In this document: positions 8,732-17,161 of the stretch, piece after piece
How the letters are laid out: each line of letters opens with the position of its first letter
Numbering within the stretch: position 1 is the first letter of the stretch
From: a virus
Virus record (IMG/VR): IMGVR_UViG_3300037258_000368
Span: 2,287 to 66,286 of that record
Direction: 5' to 3' (one strand)
Length of the DNA stretch: 64,000 nt
The notes under the pieces: model-generated
What the model was told of the DNA's origin: nothing
What the model saw: only the letters and a program-made list of their open reading frames with translations
The model's database searches: none
Program-made: the position numbers and the translations under genes

Positions 8732-9292
8732 CTAGCTCACGCTGTAATTGCGCTGTGCGTTCTTGATGCTCAGATCGTCGCGATCGAGGGTCACCAGCGC
8801 GTAGGCGATCGTGCCGGCCGAGAGATTGGTGCCGGCTGGGACCTGCATCAGGAGCCGCGCATAACGCGGGCGCAGCGTCGACGGGAATGCCGGTGGCCAG
8901 TCGAACCGCGCGATGATGGCGTTGGCAGGGGCCAGCGCGACAGCCTGCGCCCCGGTCTCTTCGGCGGTGTACCAAGTGTCCGGCTGATAATTGCCCGCCG
9001 CGCCCAGATCGGCCGCGAGCTGGAACGCCAAGTTCCACGTCGCCGCATTGCCGGTGGCAAATGCCGTACCGACCGTGACGGCGAGCAACGGCTTCCTGAC
9101 GCCGATGCCGAAATCCGTTCCGAAGGTGGGAAAGCTGGTGCCGAAGATAATGGGCGGCGCTTCGCCGACGCCGGCGCCCAGAAGGTCGAGAGCGACGCCG
9201 CCAGGAGCGAGAACGATGGGGGCGCCCGCGGCGCCGACCATCGAGAGATTTCCCCCGATCGGCACGAAATTGAGAAGTGCGTCCGTGTACAT
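8732..9292 (-). CDS. Capsid cement protein (Bbp16-like)
   Basis: MYTDALLNF..RYARL..AGTI pattern directly after the major capsid; AAGGA RBS. Confidence 0.8.
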   Translation of the reverse strand: MYTDALLNFVPIGGNLSMVGAAGAPIVLAPGGVALDLLGAGVGEAPPIIFGTSFPTFGTDFGIGVRKPLLAVTVGTAFATGNAATWNLAFQLAADLGAAGNYQPDTWYTAEETGAQAVALAPANAIIARFDWPPAFPSTLRPRYARLLMQVPAGTNLSAGTIAYALVTLDRDDLSIKNAQRNYSVS

Positions 9293-9308
9293 GGGCGGGT
9301 TCCTTTAC

Positions 9309-9336
9309 GAAAAGAAAAAGCCGCCCGGAGGCGGCT
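9309..9336 (-). terminator. Rho-independent terminator after major capsid
   Basis: AGCCGCC-TCCG-GGCGGCT followed by TTTTCTTTTC on the minus strand. Confidence 0.75.
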
Positions 9337-9378
9337 CTTTCATTGATTGCGGGGGCGCGATGCGACGGCGCCGCGGAC

Positions 9379-9405
9379 CTTTAGGTGCTTTAGGTGCTTT
9401 AGGTG
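9379..9405. repeat. 9-bp tandem repeat x3 (ctttaggtg) spanning the capsid stop
   Basis: Minus strand reads ACC TAA AGC ACC TAA AGC ACC TAA. Confidence 0.85.
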
Positions 9406-10442
9406 ACCTGGCCTTCCGTGGTGAGCAGCTGGTCGCTGATGCCGACCTTGATGCCGCGGATGAAGTCGGTCACCCGACCCGCCGCGTCGGTCAGCGACAG
9501 CAGCACGTTGCGGTCGCGCATTCCCTGCACGTCGCACCAATGCCGCCCGGTGCGGCTCATGTACCAGACCGGCCGGATACCGGGCGCGGGCTCATCGGGC
9601 GCGTCGGTCTCGGTGATGCCGCTGGCTTCGCGGCTGAGCGTCGGCGGAAAGAGGACCGCCTCGGCGAAGAGCGCGAACAAATCCGCCGCATTCGGTCCGG
9701 CGAGGCCGGCGGCGGTCACATCGAGGTTTGCGATGCGCACGCCATAGCGCCAATCCTCGACGACGATTCCGGCTTCCTGGCGGAAATAGCTGGTGAGCGC
9801 GCGGAACGGATTGCCGAGCGCATCGAAGGCGGGCCATGTGTCGCCGAGGTTTTCCTGATTGAGGCCGGCTTTCGAGTTGCGCGGGAACAATCCCTTGATC
9901 GTCATATCGCCCCAGCAGATGAGCCAAGCGCTGAGGTTCGAGGAACCGGTGCCGCCGCCGTTGATGACGTTGGAACCGTTGGCGGCCGAGTTGCTGTCGG
10001 TGTTGTAGAACGGCGACAAGCCCATGAATTCGCCGGGCGTCGCGACCGTATTGCCATACCAGAGCGTGTTGCAGACCGTCTGCCCCATGCCCTCGATGAA
10101 GGATACATCCTCGCGATATCGGAAATTCTCGATATCGCCCGAGCGCTCGGCCAGCGTGCGATCGACCTGGCTCCAGCCGACGAGTTCGCCCAAACCAACG
10201 CGGGATTTGGCGGTCGTCGATTTGCCGAACGCGGTTCCGGCATTGATCTGGCGCCATGCACCTGCCGGGATCGAGGTACGATAGACGAATTCGTGCCCCG
10301 TCATTTCCGAGGCTTCCGCCCACGGCATGTCCTTCAGCGGGTCGTTGGTTTGGGACATCAGCTCCGCGATGCGGCGCTGTTTACCCATGGCATCGGTGCG
10401 GCTCGTCAGGTCGAGAAGGGTGGGCCATTGTCCGTTCGCCAT
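9399..10442 (-). CDS. Major capsid protein (BPP-1 Bbp17-like, HK97 fold)
   Basis: PTLLDL..IAELMSQTN..WYGN..EFMGLSP..DWRYGVRIANLD..LLTTE; GGAGG RBS; start at MANGQW. Confidence 0.93.
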   Translation of the reverse strand: MANGQWPTLLDLTSRTDAMGKQRRIAELMSQTNDPLKDMPWAEASEMTGHEFVYRTSIPAGAWRQINAGTAFGKSTTAKSRVGLGELVGWSQVDRTLAERSGDIENFRYREDVSFIEGMGQTVCNTLWYGNTVATPGEFMGLSPFYNTDSNSAANGSNVINGGGTGSSNLSAWLICWGDMTIKGLFPRNSKAGLNQENLGDTWPAFDALGNPFRALTSYFRQEAGIVVEDWRYGVRIANLDVTAAGLAGPNAADLFALFAEAVLFPPTLSREASGITETDAPDEPAPGIRPVWYMSRTGRHWCDVQGMRDRNVLLSLTDAAGRVTDFIRGIKVGISDQLLTTEGQVT

Positions 10443-10687
10443 TTTCTGCCTCCATAAAGACCGCCGCTCGCACAAGCGAGGTGAGCGGCGTTGTTGTTTT
10501 CTGGAGGTCAGCTTTTCGGGTACGCTTCACGCGCTTGGGATGTCCGAATAGCTGACCAAGCCTATTCGCCTCATTCGTGCATGCCTGGGGCGGGTTGATA
10601 GGGGCCGGCGGGACGTGTCGCGGATGGCGCGATCCTGCCGGCTCCGGTTGGGGTGCGCCGATCTGCGACGATCTTGCGACGATCCCT

Positions 10688-11566
10688 TTATTTGTTCGGG
10701 GCGGCGGGTCCCGGGCCGCTGCCGACCGTTTCGTAAAACCCGCCGTGCGCCCCGGCGGATGGGCGCCTGCCATTGTTGGGCGGCGGCTTTGGCGGATCGT
10801 GCATCGGCGCCGGCTCGTCGAAGAGACGTGCCGCGGCGTGGAATACGCGCAATATCTCGGGATGGTCGCCCGCCCCGGTCAGGTCCATTGCGCGATTGAA
10901 GGCTTCGCGGCGCGCGCTCGGTACAAGCATATCGCGCATGCGGGCGATCGCGTTCATCGCGGTCTGATGGCCGGCGCCGCCCAATTCCTCGTCGGCCATA
11001 ACTTCGGTGCGCCAGCCGCGCCGCATCTCGCCGAAGGCTTTGTGTTGGTCGGCGGCAATTCCCTCGGCGTAGCTCTGCATCGCATTGACGTGCATGTCGA
11101 CGAGCTGCTGGGCGCGCGCCTGCGGGGCGAGTTCGGTATTGCCGAGGAGCGCGGTGAATTCGTCGACGCGCTCGGGTTGCAACGTGACGCCTTCGGGCAG
11201 GGTGAAGGCTTCGTATTTGACCGGCTCGGCCGCGCCGACGACGGCGAGTGCGGCCGCCGGATCTGCTATCGGCGGATCGCCGGGCTTTGCCGCTGCCGCC
11301 GGATCGACTGCAGGCTTTGTCGCGAGCGGATCAGCGGCAGTAGCGATGAGGCTCGGCGTGTCGGTGTGGAGCCCGATGGCGGGTTTCGCCTCGCCCGGTG
11401 CGGGTGCTTCCGGGGCAGCCGGCGGCGCTTCGGCCGTCGGGGGGACGCCAGCCGCCGGCGCTGCGGCTGCCTCGGAAACGACTTCGGCCACCGCAGGGGT
11501 GGCCGATTGTTCGGGAACGACAGGGGACGCCGCCGGGGCGCCGCCGGTGTTATCTTCGGGCGGCAA
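10688..11566 (-). CDS. Capsid scaffolding protein (Bbp18-like)
   Basis: Pro/Ala-rich N-terminus, YEAFTLPEG..AQQLVD..W..DEELGG..GAGDHPE; immediately upstream of MCP; TTG start with GAGG. Confidence 0.8.
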   Translation of the reverse strand: MPPEDNTGGAPAASPVVPEQSATPAVAEVVSEAAAAPAAGVPPTAEAPPAAPEAPAPGEAKPAIGLHTDTPSLIATAADPLATKPAVDPAAAAKPGDPPIADPAAALAVVGAAEPVKYEAFTLPEGVTLQPERVDEFTALLGNTELAPQARAQQLVDMHVNAMQSYAEGIAADQHKAFGEMRRGWRTEVMADEELGGAGHQTAMNAIARMRDMLVPSARREAFNRAMDLTGAGDHPEILRVFHAAARLFDEPAPMHDPPKPPPNNGRRPSAGAHGGFYETVGSGPGPAAPNK

Positions 11567-11579
11567 TGGGGAACCTCAC

Positions 11580-11834
11580 ATGACCGATTTAGAAATGGCG
11601 CGTGCCGAAATTTCGGCGCATCTCGTCGACGTTGTTGTTCGCCTGTTCAAGCCGGGCATGAAGACGACGATCGTTGTGCGACGACCGGGCTCGCCCGAGC
11701 GAGAGTTCGTGATTACCAACGACCGGATCGACGACGTTATCGAGTGCCTTTCGCGCCGGCGCGAGGCTGGCGCTGCGGAACAGCAAGCGCCGGATCGTTC
11801 TCCCGCTCCATCAGGAAGACGCCCTCTGGCGTAA
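11580..11834 (+). CDS. Small hypothetical phage protein, antisense within the head operon
   Basis: MTDLEMARAEISAHL..LFKPGMKTTIVVRRPG..VITNDRIDDVIECLSRR. Confidence 0.6.
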   Translation: MTDLEMARAEISAHLVDVVVRLFKPGMKTTIVVRRPGSPEREFVITNDRIDDVIECLSRRREAGAAEQQAPDRSPAPSGRRPLA

Positions 11835-12162
11835 TAATCTGCCAGGATCGCTTTAGTCGTCGCGCAAGTACCTGCTGTCCGAGTTCGTACCAAGTCGCCT
11901 CGGGCTGCGGAAACCCGTTGGGTCCGCATGCAAAGCGCTCTTCATTCGGGTGGCCGGCCTCGAGGATTTCCCAACGCTCGCGCCGCCCAGCTGGCGTGCT
12001 GAAGGCGCGACGAACAATGTCTGCGATCTCTTCCCTGCGCAGCGTCGCACGGGCGCGCGCCCGCTTCAGTGAACGAGGTTCGGCCGCATTGACAGCTTCG
12101 GGCATAGCGGGGTCACCGTCGGAAGGCTCGTCCTCCGGCGTCTCGATGTCGTCATCGACCAT
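11737..12162 (-). CDS. Bbp19-like head-cluster protein
   Basis: AFSTPAGRRERWEILE..TWYELGQQ..MEREN; lies between portal and scaffold. Confidence 0.7.
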   Translation of the reverse strand: MVDDDIETPEDEPSDGDPAMPEAVNAAEPRSLKRARARATLRREEIADIVRRAFSTPAGRRERWEILEAGHPNEERFACGPNGFPQPEATWYELGQQVLARRLKRSWQIITPEGVFLMERENDPALAVPQRQPRAGAKGTR

Positions 12163-12169
12163 ATTGCGA

Positions 12170-12550
12170 TCAGGAGTCTTTCGGCTTGCGCAGTTCCGCG
12201 AGCGCGGTCCAATCGAAGCCGTCCTTGGACGACAGAAGCCCGCCGCGAGTTCTAAACGGATCTCGATCCGGCGGGGATGGTGGCGTGCTCGGTCCTGGCA
12301 TGTGCCAGTTTCCTGGGTCCGGATCGCGCACCGCGTTGTCGAGCACCTCTCGCTGTGCGATGGCTGCGGCGCCGATCAAGTTGATCTTGAAGCCGTTGTC
12401 GTAGGCCGTCAGGTGTCGCACGTCGCCGGTGCGCAGAACGATGGAGATCGACACCGCGCCTATTTCGTCGCGCGCGTAAAGGGCCGTCATCTCGTCGATA
12501 ATCGAAGCCATGCCCCGCTTGAAGCGCAGCGCGCCGTCTTCGTCTGGCAT
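12170..12550 (-). CDS. Hypothetical protein
   Basis: Coupled ORF on the operon strand. Confidence 0.65.
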   Translation of the reverse strand: MPDEDGALRFKRGMASIIDEMTALYARDEIGAVSISIVLRTGDVRHLTAYDNGFKINLIGAAAIAQREVLDNAVRDPDPGNWHMPGPSTPPSPPDRDPFRTRGGLLSSKDGFDWTALAELRKPKDS

Positions 12551-12729
12551 CAGGCGTTGCCCTGCGCCGGCATCACTGCCAGCAGTAGCGCGGCATGCGC
12601 CTCTTCGGCAGTCGCGAACGGCCCGGCGAAGAATTTCATGCCGGGTCGCATCGGAAGGATGTCAGCGCTACCCCGCTCGGCCCAGGCTTCTGGGGTGTAC
12701 CAAATGGATTTCTTGGGCCTGTCAGCCAT
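12550..12729 (-). CDS. Small hypothetical protein (MADRPKKSIWYTPEAW..)
   Basis: TAATG/TGATG coupling on both sides; GGAG RBS. Confidence 0.55.
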   Translation of the reverse strand: MADRPKKSIWYTPEAWAERGSADILPMRPGMKFFAGPFATAEEAHAALLLAVMPAQGNA

Positions 12730-13268
12730 TAGGCGGTTCTCCTCTGATCGCGGAACGCCGGCGGCAGCGCGATCCCGCCGGGCGTGATGACCGAAACCGG
12801 GCGCGTATCGCGGTGTGGACCTGGTCGGACCGGCGGGCGTAGATGCCCAGTTTTACCGGTCGCCATCGTGCGGCGCTGCTCGGCCTTGCGGTGGCACTCG
12901 CGCAAGACGCCGGCGAGCTTCAGAAATAGAGGCCGCGGATAGTGGCCGCGCAGCCAGTTGCCGGCGCGCTTGTGGCACTCGCCCATCATGTGCGCGATTT
13001 CGAGCCAGCCCGGGTCGCCCATGTCGCTCTTGAGCGCCTCGAAGCCGTGGGTGCCGGCAAAGCCGATCGGCGCACCGGCGCCGCCCGCATCATCGCGCCA
13101 ATAAGCCGCCTGCCGCGCCGCGCCCTCGATGAAGCCCAGCTCCTCGATGAGGAGCTGATAGGTCGGCCCACGCATCGGCAGGGTGGCCAGGAGATCGCAA
13201 TGCTCGGCGGCCAGTCGGAAATTCTCGGAGAGGCACGCAAAGATTTCGATCTCGGTAAGCTGGCTCAC
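12729..13268 (-). CDS. Hypothetical phage protein
   Basis: GTGA coupling; protein-like sequence. Confidence 0.7.
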   Translation of the reverse strand: MSQLTEIEIFACLSENFRLAAEHCDLLATLPMRGPTYQLLIEELGFIEGAARQAAYWRDDAGGAGAPIGFAGTHGFEALKSDMGDPGWLEIAHMMGECHKRAGNWLRGHYPRPLFLKLAGVLRECHRKAEQRRTMATGKTGHLRPPVRPGPHRDTRPVSVITPGGIALPPAFRDQRRTA

Positions 13269-14032
13269 CTGTCGCCGCCGATCCAGCGCGACGGCACGAA
13301 GGGACGCTCCTCCGGCGGCAGCGGCTGCGCGGGCAGCGGTACGAGCGGGCCGTCAGGGTCGGCGCCCAGCGCAGCGACGGGCGCATCGATGGACGCGCGA
13401 TGCTGCAGGCTCTCGATCACACGCCATTTTCTGAGCGCCTCCTGATAGCGGAACAGGCGCGCCTGTCGCGACGGGTTCCCCACCATTAGGTAGCGCTCCG
13501 GGACCATAAAGGCTTCGTTGATCTTGCGATCCACCTCGGCCAGCATTTCGGCTGTGACCGGTGGTGCCGGCTCAGGCGGCGCCATGATCATGAGCATCGC
13601 TTCGACCAGCTCCTCGATGATCCCGACCAGCATCATCTTTATCAGTTTTCCGCTCGCGTCCAGCGCATCACGACGTGCGGCGATGGGATAGCACAATGCA
13701 CAGTTCGGGTCGCCGCAGCTTATCGTCTTGCTCTCGTATGTCGGCAAAGCCGCCGTGAATATCGTTGAGCAGACACAGCGCGCGATTCCCGATGCCGGGC
13801 GCTGTATCGAGGCGCCACATTTCGGGCAAGTCATCGTCTCTCCGCGCGCCTTGGCGAGAATGGCGCGCGCCGCGAGCCAGTCTTCGCTAAAATCCCCTGG
13901 GTTTTCTTCCATTTGAGCATCCTGCTCCGGCGAAATGAGCCGAGCCAATGCCTCGTAAAGCTCCGGTGCCGCCGCGATCAGCGTGCTGGTGCTGGGCGCT
14001 CTCGCTACAGTTCTCGTCTTGCTCTCGTTCAT
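13265..14032 (-). CDS. Mosaic accessory protein (LIAAAPEL motif plus Cys clusters)
   Basis: ATGA coupling to portal; LIAAAPELYEAL..ARAILAKARG followed by CPKC and CGDPNCALC. Confidence 0.55.
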   Translation of the reverse strand: MNESKTRTVARAPSTSTLIAAAPELYEALARLISPEQDAQMEENPGDFSEDWLAARAILAKARGETMTCPKCGASIQRPASGIARCVCSTIFTAALPTYESKTISCGDPNCALCYPIAARRDALDASGKLIKMMLVGIIEELVEAMLMIMAPPEPAPPVTAEMLAEVDRKINEAFMVPERYLMVGNPSRQARLFRYQEALRKWRVIESLQHRASIDAPVAALGADPDGPLVPLPAQPLPPEERPFVPSRWIGGDR

Positions 14033-15870
14033 GCTCCCGCTCCTGTCTGTGCTCCGGCTTGGCCGCCGAGCATAGCAGCAACGGGGTTCTGGCCCCCCCC
14101 GATATCGATCTTGCTCGCGCCCTCGGCCGCTTGCACCGCCGCCGGGATCGCCTGCATCGCCTGCTGTTGCTGAGCGTGCTGATCGCGGATCTTGTCGGCG
14201 GCTTGGACCTGCTCATCGGTATAGAGGAGGCGCGCCGGGAAACCGTAGCGGTCGCCGATGAAGCGCAGCGTCTCGTCGAGGTTGATGATCCGCATCGGGT
14301 CGGGCAACTGTGCGCCACCCGGAACATGCGTCGCCATCGCGGCCTCGGAGAGCTTCGCCGCGGTGCCGACGGTCTGCTGCATGCCGCCGATCTCGGCGGC
14401 GCGCTGCGCCATCTTCATCATCGAAATGTATTCGATGCTGATCGGCACGCCGTGCAACGATTTGGGCGGCGGCTTCAGGAGACCGCGGCGGTAGGCGATC
14501 GAGATGACGCGCTGCAAGGCGGGCGACGCGACCTCGGTTTCGAATAGCTCAATGACCGGACCGAGCATCTGGATTTTCTCGCCTTTGCGCTCGGCGATTT
14601 CCAGCTCGTTGCGCGGCTGCACGCCCTCCATCTGCGAGATCATCAGGAAAACGTCGGTGAAGAAGCACCGATCGATGCGCTTCTGCACGCTCTCGATATC
14701 GGCGGTCAGCGGCGCCATACCCTGACCATTGATCTCGAACAGCGGCCAGAATCCCTCTTTGCGGCCCTGGCCGCCAATGGTGTAAGTGACTTCGCCCGGG
14801 AGGATCGAGGAGGGCCGGTGCTCCATTTCAAGGCTCGCGCCCATCGGCGGCCGGACCATCTTGTCGATGAATTCGCCCTTGCGGCGCTGCTCTTGCTGCA
14901 GCTGCTGGGTGTCCGGCAGCGCGTCCATGCCGGGACCGCGGCCGTAAGCGTCATTGCTCGTCTTGCTCCAACGCACGGCCATGAACGGGCGCTCGTGGAA
15001 GCCTTTGCGTGATAACTCGGCCTCGGTCTTGCGCCCGCGCAGCCAATAGACCTCGCGATAGGGGAACGAGCCGGGGACGACGCGAACCGTCTTCTTGCCA
15101 TTGCGCGCGGAGATCAGGAAATTGGGTTCGATTGCGTGCGCGACGATGACCTCGCGCTCGAGGAGCGCGCCGCCCTCTTCCCAGTTCGCCCGGATTTCCG
15201 CGGGGCAGGCTTCGAGCCCGAACCAATCGACGACCTGGGCGACGGTATAGGTGAACTCGCGATAGAGGCTGTCGACGGAGAGGCGCCCGCCGGTCGCGAG
15301 GAAATACTCACCGGCGCAGGGCACGTAGCAGCGGATTACGTCCTCGTGATCCTCGTAGATAATGAGCGGGGACGTACCGAACGTTGCCACGTCCTGAAAC
15401 AGCTGGCCCGCCTCGGTATAGAAATTGGACCCGCCAAGGATCGCATAGATGCGCTCCGCGGTGTCGTCGAGCCAGGCCTGTCCGTCAGCGTCCAGGTCGA
15501 AATTGGGCAGCGCGACGCCGAGCTTGAACCATGGGCGGCTTGGGGACATCAGCCCGGCCAGCATGCCCGAGGCGCAGACGCGCATCGCCAGCGTCGCGGT
15601 CGAATCGACGATCGACTCGTTGACCGGGTTGCCGCGGTTGGTCGTGTTCGCGGTGATGACCCAGTGGTAGCGGTAGGGCAGCAGGAACCGGGCGAGCGCG
15701 GCCCAGTGGACCCACCACGACCAGCGCCAGAGCCGCAGCATCCCGAGCCGCGCCTCGAGATGGGTAAAGATCGTCAGCCAGTCGGCGCCGGGCTTGCGAT
15801 CGCGGTCTATCGTGAGCGGTTGCGCGGCGAGCAGCGTTGCGCCGCCGTGGTCAATCGCGTTGTCGGACAT
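14029..15870 (-). CDS. Portal (head-tail connector) protein, T7 gp8/Bbp21-like
   Basis: IVDSTATLA..SPSRPWFKL..SNFY..FGT..YGRGPGMDAL..ERKGEK..LGPV. Confidence 0.95.
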   Translation of the reverse strand: MSDNAIDHGGATLLAAQPLTIDRDRKPGADWLTIFTHLEARLGMLRLWRWSWWVHWAALARFLLPYRYHWVITANTTNRGNPVNESIVDSTATLAMRVCASGMLAGLMSPSRPWFKLGVALPNFDLDADGQAWLDDTAERIYAILGGSNFYTEAGQLFQDVATFGTSPLIIYEDHEDVIRCYVPCAGEYFLATGGRLSVDSLYREFTYTVAQVVDWFGLEACPAEIRANWEEGGALLEREVIVAHAIEPNFLISARNGKKTVRVVPGSFPYREVYWLRGRKTEAELSRKGFHERPFMAVRWSKTSNDAYGRGPGMDALPDTQQLQQEQRRKGEFIDKMVRPPMGASLEMEHRPSSILPGEVTYTIGGQGRKEGFWPLFEINGQGMAPLTADIESVQKRIDRCFFTDVFLMISQMEGVQPRNELEIAERKGEKIQMLGPVIELFETEVASPALQRVISIAYRRGLLKPPPKSLHGVPISIEYISMMKMAQRAAEIGGMQQTVGTAAKLSEAAMATHVPGGAQLPDPMRIINLDETLRFIGDRYGFPARLLYTDEQVQAADKIRDQHAQQQQAMQAIPAAVQAAEGASKIDIGGGQNPVAAMLGGQAGAQTGAGA

Positions 15871-16012
15871 CGATCGGGTGCAGGTTGCGGCAGCGCGGGC
15901 AGAGCGCGAGATCGGGGGTGATCGAACGCTTGGGGTGCAGGATCACGCCGAGCATGGCTGCGCTCGCGGCCACCGTCAGGAGGACGATGCCGGCAAGCGC
16001 GAGGATGTTCAT

Positions 16013-16312
16013 TTAGAAAAGCAACGTGATCCAGGCTGCGACGCCCAGAATGATGCTGGCCCACGTCACCGGCGCGCAAAGGCGTCCCGGCCAGTTGTAT
16101 TGTACGAGATAGCTCAGATAGGTGATGCCCATCGCGGCAAGGGCGAGACGCCAAGCGGCGGGCCGTTCCAAGATGATGCCGGCCCCGAAAGCGCTCACGA
16201 GATAGAGCGCGCTGTTGAGCTGCAGCCCATCGATGATCCGATCGGTTGCGTCGCAGTTGCAAAGGCAGTTGCGGCTTGGTTGCGCGGTTGCGGCGCCGGC
16301 ATCGTCATCCAT
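16013..16312 (-). CDS. Small membrane protein
   Basis: Three hydrophobic segments; GAGG RBS. Confidence 0.6.
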   Translation of the reverse strand: MDDDAGAATAQPSRNCLCNCDATDRIIDGLQLNSALYLVSAFGAGIILERPAAWRLALAAMGITYLSYLVQYNWPGRLCAPVTWASIILGVAAWITLLF

Positions 16313-16374
16313 GCTCGCCTCTGTCAAGTCGGCACTTCTGCCACTTTGCGACTTGGCCGAAGTGGCGAGGGGTC

Positions 16375-16599
16375 TCATTGCCCCGTCAGCTGCTTTTGCG
16401 CCGTGGTCGGGCTCGCTGTGCCCTGGCCGCCGGTGAGGATCGTGCCGTCGGCGCCAAGGCCGCTTGCGGCAGCGGCCGCCGCGCGTTCGGCTGAGCCTGC
16501 CTGGGCGACGCTCGCGTCGGCCGCGGTCGGGGGCGCGGGTGGCGGTGGCGGCGGCGGGGGCGGCGCCGGTATCTTGGGGGAGCCGAAGAGCATGCCCAT
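16375..16599 (-). CDS. T7 gp7.3-like small virion protein
   Basis: MLFGSPKIP-polyPro..GTILTGGQG..KQLTGQ, typical of genes upstream of the portal. Confidence 0.8.
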   Translation of the reverse strand: MGMLFGSPKIPAPPPPPPPPPAPPTAADASVAQAGSAERAAAAAASGLGADGTILTGGQGTASPTTAQKQLTGQ

Positions 16600-16642
16600 C
16601 AGGGGATCGATTCCAATTTCTCAGGGCCGAAACCGGGCCAAA

Positions 16643-16669
16643 AGGTTGCGCAGGTTGCGCAGGTTGCGC
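16643..16669. repeat. 9-bp tandem repeat x3 (aggttgcgc)
   Basis: Directly visible, intergenic. Confidence 0.85.
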
Positions 16670-16745
16670 CTGGAATGCGTGAGGTTCATTGGGGTCAATG
16701 GTCCTCCTATGAGCCCAACGGTCCTCCCCCCGACGGCGGGAGGGT

Positions 16746-16982
16746 TCAAGCGGGCTCGCGCAATGATTCGGCGGCCGCCAGGACAAGGTCGACCCCGATT
16801 TCGGTCGTTTGCGCGCATCGAAGCCGCACCAGCGTCCGCTTCTCGCCGGTGATGTCGATCGCATGCCGCACGCCCTGCGCCATCGCCTCGCCTTGAGTAC
16901 GGGCGACGGTGAAGATGCTGGTCAGATACATGCCATCGGTCGGGTGCTCGGTCAGGACCGCGACGGCCCAGGCTCTCATCAT
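16746..16982 (-). CDS. Hypothetical protein
   Basis: Coupled ORF downstream of terL. Confidence 0.55.
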   Translation of the reverse strand: MMRAWAVAVLTEHPTDGMYLTSIFTVARTQGEAMAQGVRHAIDITGEKRTLVRLRCAQTTEIGVDLVLAAAESLREPA

Positions 16983-17161
16983 CGGCGCGCCTCGGGGGCT
17001 CTTATCAGGGTCTTAAGGTCCGCCATCTGGGTAGCACGGCTATGGGGACCGGTCGGCGCCGGCTGCGGCGGGCAGCCGGTCAGCCAGTGCCGGATCGCGG
17101 CCACAGAGCCCATCTCGCGGCTCAGCTCGCGCAGCAGGGGGCGAAGCTCTTGCGGCGTCAT
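16979..17161 (-). CDS. Hypothetical protein
   Basis: ATGA-coupled to terL. Confidence 0.5.
   Translation of the reverse strand: MTPQELRPLLRELSREMGSVAAIRHWLTGCPPQPAPTGPHSRATQMADLKTLIRAPEARR

Noticed and set aside
9340-9540. Frameshifted capsid extension (T7 10B-like) reading HLKHLKHLK
   Set aside because: No clear slippery heptamer before the stop; the extension would be short and derives from the 9-bp repeat
10577-12787. 736-aa + strand ORF and similar long antisense ORFs (4734-6323, 8991-10457, 46997-48631, 50299-51972)
   Set aside because: Arg-rich shadows of real minus-strand genes in GC-rich DNA; no motifs or RBS
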